Shown: piece after piece, positions 5,635 through 12,044 of the stretch
Layout: each line of letters begins with the position of its first letter
Numbering within the stretch: the first letter of the stretch is position 1
Virus record (IMG/VR): IMGVR_UViG_3300037882_000065
Span: 1 to 15,267 of that record
From: a virus
Length of the DNA stretch: 15,267 nucleotides
Strand: one strand, 5' to 3'
Notes under the pieces: generated by a model
Databases searched by the model: none
What the model saw: only the letters and a program-made list of their open reading frames with translations
What the model was told of the DNA's origin: nothing
Position numbers and translations under genes: made by a program

Positions 5635-6086
5635 GCTTTACCTCCTAGTAATGGGATGTTAAAAAACTTTTGATTCTCATCGCCAGCCTTCGTAAAACTG
5701 ATATGGATGTGGCTGGTATGCGGATTGATTCCTCTGTACTTGTGCCAACGCCAGAGGCTTCTAGCGCTTGCAATCTTTCGGTTAAATATGACATATGCAA
5801 TGCGCTTATCTGACTTGGCTGCAATTCGAATCTGGTCGGCAACGTAAGCAGCTGTATTGGCTTGTCGGTTGAAATCAGCATCGAGATCGAGAGCGCGGAC
5901 ATACCCTGTATAAGGGTCAGGGTTGTGATCGCTCTTTGTGGCTTGATGCCGCAAGTCTCCGATTGTCCCGTCAGAATCACGCTTTCGATCTGGATAAGAA
6001 TCGTCTGCCTGCTCTCTGAGTTGGATTACGGACTTACTCAGTCTCGGGCGCATTTTTGATATTGAGGTAAGTAGCGTATTCCTCAT
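5631..6086 (-). CDS. Putative zinc-dependent (LAS/M15-like) peptidoglycan hydrolase, the endolysin candidate
   Basis: DGTIGDLRHQATKSDHNPD...ALDLD...YVIFNRKI...W..YRGINPHTSHIHISF has His/Asp metal-ligand-like motifs. It sits directly upstream of two holin-like genes. The start is uncertain (ATG 6086 or ATG 6053) and neither has a clear RBS. Confidence 0.45.
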   Translation of the reverse strand: MRNTLLTSISKMRPRLSKSVIQLREQADDSYPDRKRDSDGTIGDLRHQATKSDHNPDPYTGYVRALDLDADFNRQANTAAYVADQIRIAAKSDKRIAYVIFNRKIASARSLWRWHKYRGINPHTSHIHISFTKAGDENQKFFNIPLLGGKA

Positions 6087-6162
6087 CTGTCATCGGACGA
6101 ATAACTGTTTCGCCTGTTGCGATGTTATCTTCTGTGATAAGTGGACGAGTTTCTTTAGTCAT
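6034..6162 (-). CDS. Possible 42-aa ORF (hypothetical), not in the ORF track
   Basis: Hand translation: MTKETRPLITEDNIATGETVIRPMTDEEYATYLNIKNAPETE. It has a TAATG overlap with the upstream stop at 6162. It overlaps the 5' end of the hydrolase ORF, so only one of the start models can be right. Confidence 0.3.
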   Translation of the reverse strand: MTKETRPLITEDNIATGETVIRPMTDEEYATYLNIKNAPETE

Positions 6163-6662
6163 TAGAACGCTCCATAAATTGCTATAGTGCCTGTATTAGT
6201 GGCATTGAATGTGTTTGCTGTCGTAAAATCGACTCGATTGATTGCAGTTGTCGAATTGTAATTTGCAACTATTCCATAGTAGGCAGCGTTTGAGCCATTG
6301 TTTGAGCCAAAACCTTCAATAAGTTTAGGACAAGCTTGATTGGCATAATCAACGACAAAATCTTGTAAATGAACACCTGCTCCAGATGATCTAGTTGTAT
6401 CAATAAAAGCATTTTGTGCCGCTACAATAGAGGTGCTTGTTCCATTGAAGATAAGTGTCGTTTGATAATAATTGGTGCCGGAATCATTGTTAAAAGTAAT
6501 GTCTAAAACGCCGGCCGTGGTCAATGCAACATTTTGCACACATAAACGTAATTTCTTAACTGGCGGAATGCTTGTAAATGAAACAGATGATCCGCTAGTC
6601 GGAGTCTGAGTAGTCCCAATTTGTAGCCAGATGTCTCCACCCGGAATCGCTGTAAATCCCAT
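6162..6662 (-). CDS. Tail fibre or receptor-binding protein candidate (166 aa, beta-rich)
   Basis: Last gene of the tail module. It is Ser/Thr/Asn/Gly-rich and predicted all-beta (FNNDSGTNYYQTT..., NATNTGTIAIYGAF). TAATG coupling to the upstream gene. Confidence 0.45.
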   Translation of the reverse strand: MGFTAIPGGDIWLQIGTTQTPTSGSSVSFTSIPPVKKLRLCVQNVALTTAGVLDITFNNDSGTNYYQTTLIFNGTSTSIVAAQNAFIDTTRSSGAGVHLQDFVVDYANQACPKLIEGFGSNNGSNAAYYGIVANYNSTTAINRVDFTTANTFNATNTGTIAIYGAF

Positions 6663-6994
6663 TATGAAATCTCCGTTCCGTAAGCATTGAATGAAAGATC
6701 AGCAGTTGAGGCAAATACACGCACTTTGTCCGTGGCTGCCAAAGTCAAGCCAACCGTCAAGATAACAATGCCACTAGGAGCGATTGTGATGTCATAGGCA
6801 ATGTAGTCTTTGTCGGCAGTTGCAGCACCGGCTGCACTTGTCGAAAGTCTAAAGGTTGCTGCTGCTGTTGTTGATCGGTTAGATACTGTCAAAGACGAAA
6901 TGATCGTGCTAGTGGAAGCTGGGACTGTGTAAAGGTCTGCCTCTGTCGTAGCTGCTGGAGCAGATTGCCCCAAGATTTTATATGCTGTTGCCAT
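6662..6994 (-). CDS. Small tail-tip structural protein (110 aa)
   Basis: MATAYKILGQSAPAATTEADLYTVPAST..ISSLTVSNRS is an N-terminal pattern I recognise from small virion/tail proteins of several phage groups. It sits between the fibre-stub ORF and the distal protein. Confidence 0.45.
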   Translation of the reverse strand: MATAYKILGQSAPAATTEADLYTVPASTSTIISSLTVSNRSTTAAATFRLSTSAAGAATADKDYIAYDITIAPSGIVILTVGLTLAATDKVRVFASTADLSFNAYGTEIS

Positions 6995-6997
6995 GCT

Positions 6998-7165
6998 TTA
7001 TGCTCCCATCAATAGGAAAGGGTGAATGAAACTTTCGATTGAAAGTTGCAGTGAGTAGGTTGTTGAGTCGATTGCGTTTCCTAGCGTTCTAATGTCTAGC
7101 GCGCCGTCTTTTACATAACCCGTGTTATCGGGCGTAGGCCAGTTATATTCCGGCGTGTTAGCCAT
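6998..7165 (-). CDS. 55-aa protein carrying a tail-fibre N-terminal motif, not in the ORF track
   Basis: Hand translation: MANTPEYNWPTPDNTGYVKDGALDIRTLGNAIDSTTYSLQLSIESFIHPFLLMGA. Excellent RBS TAAGGAG 7 nt upstream. The Y.WP.P......V..D...L...ID motif is typical of N-termini of actinophage-type minor tail/fibre proteins. Confidence 0.6.
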   Translation of the reverse strand: MANTPEYNWPTPDNTGYVKDGALDIRTLGNAIDSTTYSLQLSIESFIHPFLLMGA

Positions 7166-7182
7166 TTATTGTCTCCTTAGTG

Positions 7183-8337
7183 TTAAGCATCGAATGTGTC
7201 CCATGTTACAGCCGGATCAACGTCATTCCAAATGAGGGCAGGATCCACATCTTGCCAGCGTGTCGGCGTAACTGAGTAAGCCACATCCGAGCTGTCAAAA
7301 GTCAGGCTCATTTGAACATTGTTGAAACTAAAATTCCAGCCTTCTACAAAACCAAAGTAAGTCGTATTTTTAATAGGTAATGGCAAGTTATCGATTTCAA
7401 TGGCTGTATCCATCGAGATATTTAGCAAGGCATCAATATCGGCATCGATGAGGTTAGGCGAGTCTAATTGGATGGTGAAGGATGATAGTGAGGTGCGAGG
7501 ATAGGCTCTTAGCGTGATATAGCGATCTGCTTGTACTTGAGCATCCGTTGCGCGATCTAACTCTGTTGAGACCGATCCTGCTACCAAGCCGTAAGTAGCA
7601 ATGGATGTTGCATCCGAGGATGTTTTTTGATCGTTGGCCTTGTAGCTGAGAATGATTGAGTTCATGATGTCAGAAAGTGTTTTTTGGCTTGCTAGGCCGC
7701 TTGCCAAAATGTAATCCGTAGGAATGTTCAAGTAGCCAGATGTGCCAAGTGACAAGAATCGGCGGGACTCGTTAGCAAACCCTACGCTGCCTGTTGGAGT
7801 TTCGTAGATGTAACCAAATGCTTGAGTGGCATAAGTTGAGGCTAAAGAGTAGGCATCTGCTGGGCTTGCATTTCTGGCAGTAAACTCATAAACAGGAGGA
7901 GTGTCCACGGTATCGATGGTTACTCCAGCATCCGTAAAGATGCGAGTCATTCGATCATCGTCAAACTCTTTAGGCCAGTTTGTGTCACCGATAACAGATC
8001 GAGCCATTTGAGCAAAGGTTGATAGGGCTGAAATAGTCTGAATGGCTACCGTTGCCTTTGCCCCAGTAGCTTGAACGTTATTAGTAATGTTAGAGATTTT
8101 GCCAGTAAATAGAGTTACAGGAGTACCGTTGGAATCGTCAACCGTAATAACCACATCATCATTCATATCAAAGCCAAAGTCTTGATTGTTGGCGTTTAAG
8201 ATGCTAATAGTTGCATAACCTGCGCGGGACTGCTCCCAAACAGTTGTACGACCAAATGAGACACCTACGTTCCACAATGATTTATCTGTGAACGCTACGC
8301 CATCGATGGTTACGGTTGGGCTGGGAGACCAAGTCAT
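7183..8337 (-). CDS. Distal tail protein (Dit)-like minor tail protein, 384 aa
   Basis: Lies immediately after the tape measure gene with an ATGA overlap. The N-terminus TVTIDGVAFTDKSLWNVGVSFGRT...ATISILNAN resembles the siphovirus Dit N-domain. The C-terminus has the repeat WQDVDPALI/WNDVDPAVT. Confidence 0.6.
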   Translation of the reverse strand: MTWSPSPTVTIDGVAFTDKSLWNVGVSFGRTTVWEQSRAGYATISILNANNQDFGFDMNDDVVITVDDSNGTPVTLFTGKISNITNNVQATGAKATVAIQTISALSTFAQMARSVIGDTNWPKEFDDDRMTRIFTDAGVTIDTVDTPPVYEFTARNASPADAYSLASTYATQAFGYIYETPTGSVGFANESRRFLSLGTSGYLNIPTDYILASGLASQKTLSDIMNSIILSYKANDQKTSSDATSIATYGLVAGSVSTELDRATDAQVQADRYITLRAYPRTSLSSFTIQLDSPNLIDADIDALLNISMDTAIEIDNLPLPIKNTTYFGFVEGWNFSFNNVQMSLTFDSSDVAYSVTPTRWQDVDPALIWNDVDPAVTWDTFDA

Positions 8338-9668
8338 ACAACAGAAACCAGTCGAGATGCGCCGAGGTTACTAAAGGTTCCGCTTAGGGTTGCCTCTGTG
8401 TTAAGAATCTGAGCGATCTGTCTAGCTGTGCTAATTGGATCAATAGCCCCGCTTACATTGATATTGACGTTTGTAGCTGGCGCTTGGGATCTGTTGGGCA
8501 GATTAAATGCGTTGCCAGACGGTAAGCCAGAAGGTACGGTAGTTCTAGAAGAGGTTGGTGAACTTGCAGGAGAACTTGATCCAAAACTTAAAGCATCCTT
8601 AACTTTCCTCCCCAATTCTATAATCTTTTCAAAGCCTGAAATTAACTTGCCAACAAAGTTAATCACTACTGAAATGGCTAGTCCTATTCCTTCAATGGCA
8701 AGTTTAAAGACACCTGACAAAAAGGGTGCAACAAACTTTCTTAGGAAATCAAACAATGCCGCAAACTCATCCTTGTTATCTAGGACTGCTTTTTTAATTC
8801 TGTCAAAGGCACTCTTGAGGCCTTCAATGATTGGAGTAAAGAATTTCTTAGTAAAGTCTGAAACTTGTTTAAATGTTTCATTTAGTCCTTCTTTGCCACC
8901 CATGCCATCGATAAAACTTTGGACTGCTGGAACTACCTTGTTTACAATTACTTCAACAATGGGGGTAATGGCATCAAGAATAAATGCTCCGACTGTCTCC
9001 TTTGCTTCGTTAAAAGCAACTGACAAGCGAGCCATCTTGCCTTGGAAAGTGTCTGCCTGCTTGGATGCCTGTCCTTCAAAGGTTGCAGCTAGTTTGGCAG
9101 TTACTTGGTCAAAGGTGAGGGTTGCTAACTCAGCCTTACTAATACCTACGCCAAGACGTGAAAGTCCGGCTAGGTTGCCTTCCTGTGCCTTTGATAAGGC
9201 TTCGGTAACTGCTTGTAGGCTCTTGCCTGTACCTGCTGAAATATCAATCGCGATGGCTTGTAATTCTTGAGCCTTTGTAACATCTCCAGTAGCGCGGGTA
9301 AGCCGATCTAAGGAAGGACGAAGCTCATCATCTGTAACACCAAATAATAAAGACTGCTTGAGAATGTAATCTTCTGTGGCCTTAATTTGGTCATCTGTTG
9401 CGCCTGTCACATTCTTTAATGTGGTTGCTAATTTAGCCTGCGCCGCTTCATCTTCAATAGCAGCTTTAACGCCATCAATGGCTAACTTGCCTGCATAGGC
9501 CGCTGCTGCAACTCCTGCTGCTAAAAAGGCTGCGCCTGCGACCTTGCCAAACTTAGAAACTTTATCGCCAAAGGTAGTTACATCATTATCTGCGCCTTTA
9601 AGGCTCTTAGTAAAGTTACTGACATCGGCTAATAACTTAAGCGTTAACGCTCTACTATCTTTAGCCAT
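8334..9668 (-). CDS. Tail tape measure protein (444 aa from ATG 9668)
   Basis: Long alpha-helical Ala/Lys/Glu-rich protein with a hydrophobic stretch (VAGAAFLAAGVAAAAYAG) and a second membrane-like segment (LAIEGIGLAISVVINFVGKL). It sits between the chaperone region and Dit. The start forms TAATG with the upstream stop after GAAGGAG. The track start at 9677 is a GTG. Confidence 0.85.
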   Translation of the reverse strand: MAKDSRALTLKLLADVSNFTKSLKGADNDVTTFGDKVSKFGKVAGAAFLAAGVAAAAYAGKLAIDGVKAAIEDEAAQAKLATTLKNVTGATDDQIKATEDYILKQSLLFGVTDDELRPSLDRLTRATGDVTKAQELQAIAIDISAGTGKSLQAVTEALSKAQEGNLAGLSRLGVGISKAELATLTFDQVTAKLAATFEGQASKQADTFQGKMARLSVAFNEAKETVGAFILDAITPIVEVIVNKVVPAVQSFIDGMGGKEGLNETFKQVSDFTKKFFTPIIEGLKSAFDRIKKAVLDNKDEFAALFDFLRKFVAPFLSGVFKLAIEGIGLAISVVINFVGKLISGFEKIIELGRKVKDALSFGSSSPASSPTSSRTTVPSGLPSGNAFNLPNRSQAPATNVNINVSGAIDPISTARQIAQILNTEATLSGTFSNLGASRLVSVV

Positions 9669-10135
9669 TATGTCCACTCCTTCAAAATCTTATCAAACGA
9701 TTTAGTCCACTCAGCTACAATGTAAGGCTGGATCCTGCGTAATGTTGGATAAATAAAATAACCTTTCGAGCCTGCTCCGCCAGAAGGATTAGGCCCTGAC
9801 CAAACAGGAAACTGCTTTAGTTTATTAGTACCAAACTCCGAAGGCCCCCAGAGTACTTTAGTCGTTGCACCCCCTGAAAACTTTTGAGCTGCAAAGCCAA
9901 ATGTAATTTCACCTATGCGGCTAGACTTTTTAACTTTAGAGCCTTGTGTAATGCGAGTAGCGACTGCTCGAGACTGTAGCCCTGATGAGGCACTAATTAC
10001 TTCTTTCCTAGCGTATTCGGCTAGAGCGCCAGATTGCCGTTGGGCTTCTTCTGTCGCTTGCTTGTCCATATTACGAAGAGCCTTAAAGACTTCTGAGAGT
10101 TGCTTTTTGTTAAGAGCGACTGCATCATCTGCCAT
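9668..10135 (-). CDS. HK97 gp10-family-like neck / tail-completion protein (155 aa)
   Basis: LSEVFKALRNMDKQATEEAQ...GPSEFGTNKLKQFP...YFIYPTLRRIQPYIVAEW fits the gp10-family layout (N-terminal helices, EFGT motif, C-terminal P.l......i). RBS GGAGGA 6 nt upstream. Confidence 0.5.
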   Translation of the reverse strand: MADDAVALNKKQLSEVFKALRNMDKQATEEAQRQSGALAEYARKEVISASSGLQSRAVATRITQGSKVKKSSRIGEITFGFAAQKFSGGATTKVLWGPSEFGTNKLKQFPVWSGPNPSGGAGSKGYFIYPTLRRIQPYIVAEWTKSFDKILKEWT

Positions 10136-10504
10136 TACGTTCCTCCAATACTTCTATAGCTGTAAGAATATCCTCGGCAGTTTGCCACTTATCCATAGGG
10201 ATGTGAGTGGCTATTGCCAGTTCCACTAAGAGTCGGCTTACGCTTCCTCTTGCGTGACTTTTGGGTCTCCTTCACCTACTTCGATATCGTCTACTGATTC
10301 CATCCAGACATCTAATGTCTTAGTTGGCTTTCCGCCTGCATCTCGCTTCATGGCGCTGTGTGCCACAAAAAGGATGTCCCACATTCCGCCAAACTGAGAG
10401 ATAATTTTTTTAGTTGTCATCTCCCAGCGGGCGTAATCTGGCGGGCGAACCATGTAAGTAGTTTCGGATCCGTCTATGTATTTAATTGTTATCTGCTGTT
10501 GCAT
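10125..10504 (-). CDS. Predicted -1 frameshift product of the tail assembly chaperone (gpGT-like, about 126 aa)
   Basis: After slipping on C_CCA_AAA (10265-10259), the -1 frame is open for 44 codons: SHARGSVSRLLVELAIATHIPMDKWQTAEDILTAIEVLEERNGR*. It exactly covers the otherwise ORF-free gap 10136-10237 and ends at TGA 10127-10125. Candidate internal starts in that frame lack an RBS. Confidence 0.5.
10238..10504 (-). CDS. Tail assembly chaperone (gpG-like, 88 aa)
   Basis: Small acidic protein located directly after the major tail protein gene. It has a slippery heptamer 19 nt before its stop. Confidence 0.65.
   Translation of the reverse strand: MQQQITIKYIDGSETTYMVRPPDYARWEMTTKKIISQFGGMWDILFVAHSAMKRDAGGKPTKTLDVWMESVDDIEVGEGDPKVTQEEA
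10259..10265 (-). other. Candidate -1 programmed frameshift slippery heptamer CCCAAAA (X_XXY_YYZ in the zero frame)
   Basis: The minus strand reads GGT GAA GGA GAC CCA AAA GTC. An SD-like AAGGAG sits just upstream of the heptamer. Confidence 0.5.
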
Positions 10505-10527
10505 TGTTTGCTCCCGTTTCTAGTTAA

Positions 10528-10938
10528 CTACGCTGAGAAGGTTTCTGTAACCTCGCCCTTTGATACCTTGAATGTAAAGTCTACAGTCTGAGCATCTGTT
10601 CCAGCGCCTCCTGCTGTAGGAAACTCTGGCTTAATTGGAAATACGAATTGTGCGCCTGTTGCAGCTGTAAGTGTGATGCTTATATCTGTATCTGGTGCTG
10701 TCTCTGCTGCTGTCCAAAGAGCTTCACATACTGAGTTAGCCTTACCCCAGTCTGCCAACATTGATAGAGCAAACTCGCCTTCAATGTTTGTGGTTTTGTA
10801 AGCTTCGCCGTCAAGAGTTTGGTATGTCTCACGGACGTTTGTCTTTGTTAAAACTGCGCTTGTTGCTTGTGCTTCGATATCTGTTCCACCTGAGAAAGAT
10901 AGAGAAATATCGCGCCCTGTGATTACTACGGTTGCCAT
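10528..10938 (-). CDS. Major tail (tube) protein, 136 aa
   Basis: Position between the terminator-like gene and the chaperone. Small beta-rich protein, MATVVITGRDISLSFSGGTDIEAQATSAVLTKTN..., typical of tail tube N-termini. RBS AAAGGA. Confidence 0.65.
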   Translation of the reverse strand: MATVVITGRDISLSFSGGTDIEAQATSAVLTKTNVRETYQTLDGEAYKTTNIEGEFALSMLADWGKANSVCEALWTAAETAPDTDISITLTAATGAQFVFPIKPEFPTAGGAGTDAQTVDFTFKVSKGEVTETFSA

Positions 10939-10949
10939 ATTGTTGTCCT

Positions 10950-11336
10950 TTAGTTTGTTTGTGTATAGTAGGTAGAAACTCTGATATCGGAGACCAACAC
11001 ATTAGAAGGGCCGACTTGAGTTACTGTTGGTTTTTCAACCGCTCCGACTGTGTACCCTGCTGGGATCACCTTCAGAACACTTATAACGAGCTGCTCGAGA
11101 TTGTCGAGCGATGCAGGGTTGCTGTTATAGGCAACCGCTACAGATATGACTAAATTAATCTTTATGTGAAGTGTTGATTTGTTAATGGTCTCTAATTCTA
11201 AATATGGTGAATCTGGAACAGTCACCACAAAAGGAACCATAGGAGCCTCTGGTACATAGGCATACACATTGCCTGCAACGCCTGCAAAGGCTGTGGCTAG
11301 TGGCTGTCTGACTGTGTCTAAGATTGTGTTTGGCAT
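10950..11336 (-). CDS. Tail terminator / tail completion-like protein (128 aa)
   Basis: Position directly upstream of the major tail protein. The pattern L..AF.G....VYAYVPE....PFVVT resembles gpU/DUF3168-type terminators. TAATG coupling. Confidence 0.45.
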   Translation of the reverse strand: MPNTILDTVRQPLATAFAGVAGNVYAYVPEAPMVPFVVTVPDSPYLELETINKSTLHIKINLVISVAVAYNSNPASLDNLEQLVISVLKVIPAGYTVGAVEKPTVTQVGPSNVLVSDIRVSTYYTQTN

Positions 11337-11977
11337 TACTGCACCATTGAATCGGTATCGATAAACGCTCCGAGAAGTCCTGACACTCGATTGAAAAGGC
11401 TACGGCCTAAACGATATGGCGAGACGGTTGTAAAGTCTACGCCTTCGATCTGTCCACCCGGAGCGATACGGCTCTGGAATACTTCTACTGATACTGCTAG
11501 GACTGCTGACTCTACGGCTGCGTTCCCTACATAAGTAGAAGCGCCTGAAAGAGTTGCCAAGCCTGAAGGGATTACTTTTCTTTCGGTAACATCTGCGCCA
11601 GTAATAGCAACAGTAAAGTAACCGTTGAATTCTCTGTAAGCACCATCTAAGTAGATGCGCGAGCTTGAGCGAACAATAAAATTTTCAACATCAATGTTGC
11701 TTGACTCGATGATAGTAAAAGTGCCGTTAAATGGGGAGCCTACGCCTGTGATGACTACGCTCTGACCCTCTGAGAAATTGTTATCGCCTAAGACTCCATA
11801 AGTTGCGATGTTATCTTGCAATGTAACTGTGTCGATAGGACTTGAGTACTTGACCAGCATAGGCAAAATAACTGCCTCAGCTGTGTCAATTACATCTGTT
11901 AGATAAGCATCGTTATAGAGGGAACTGGAAACGCCAAGCACAGAGCGTAATTCGGCTGGTGTGACTATTGTTGCCAT
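11336..11977 (-). CDS. Head-tail adaptor (gp6/gp15-like connector) with a roughly 95-aa inserted beta-rich domain
   Basis: The N-terminus VTPAELRSVLGVSSSLYNDAYLTDVIDTAEAVILPML and C-terminus AAVESAVLAVSVEVFQSRIAPGG fit head-tail connector proteins. At 213 aa it is about twice the usual length. I chose ATG 11977 after AGAGGA. The track start at 11983 is a TTG. Confidence 0.55.
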   Translation of the reverse strand: MATIVTPAELRSVLGVSSSLYNDAYLTDVIDTAEAVILPMLVKYSSPIDTVTLQDNIATYGVLGDNNFSEGQSVVITGVGSPFNGTFTIIESSNIDVENFIVRSSSRIYLDGAYREFNGYFTVAITGADVTERKVIPSGLATLSGASTYVGNAAVESAVLAVSVEVFQSRIAPGGQIEGVDFTTVSPYRLGRSLFNRVSGLLGAFIDTDSMVQ

Positions 11978-12002
11978 TTCCAATTCCTCTCAATAAACGA
12001 CT

Positions 12003-12031
12003 GGGGGAGCGATCGGGAGCAACCGCCCCCC
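12003..12031 (-). terminator. GC-rich hairpin just downstream of the capsid gene (attenuating terminator or mRNA-stabilising stem-loop)
   Basis: The minus strand reads GGGGGGCG-GTTGCTCCCGAT-CGC(T)CCCCC followed by AGTCGTTTATT. That is an 8-bp G:C stem with one bulge and a 12-nt loop, in the 61-bp gap between capsid stop 12045 and adaptor start. Confidence 0.4.
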
Positions 12032-12044
12032 CATGATTAAGTGA

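Noticed and set aside
6992-7000. Stop-codon read-through fusing the 55-aa ORF to the in-frame 110-aa ORF (TAA AGC ATG)
   Set aside because: Being in the same frame has a one-in-three chance. The stop is TAA, which is normally efficient, and the downstream gene has its own ATG. I kept it only as something to look for in proteomics.
8428-9270. Large 280-aa plus-strand ORF
   Set aside because: It lies entirely antisense inside the tape measure gene. Its composition (Leu/Ser/Pro/Ala-rich) is what is expected from the reverse frame of an Ala/Lys/Glu-rich helical protein. The same reasoning applies to the other plus-strand ORFs at 2283-2495, 2634-2864, 3350-3538, 4412-4615, 5862-6059, 9915-10229, 10358-10591, 10932-11153, 12041-12241, 13267-13536, 13540-13755, 13755-13940 and 14722-14991.
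10189-10197. Additional near-DnaA boxes (TTATCCATA on the plus strand at 10189-10197; tctggataa at 5990-5998)
   Set aside because: Each has one mismatch, lies inside coding sequence, and has an inconsistent orientation. Such near matches are expected by chance, so they were not counted with the three perfect boxes.
10238-10265. +1 frameshift alternative at the chaperone slippery region (suggested by the closely placed SD-like AAGGAG)
   Set aside because: The +1 frame is open for only about 22 codons and stops at TAA well before the next gene. The -1 frame spans the whole gap and fits the conserved G/GT paradigm better.
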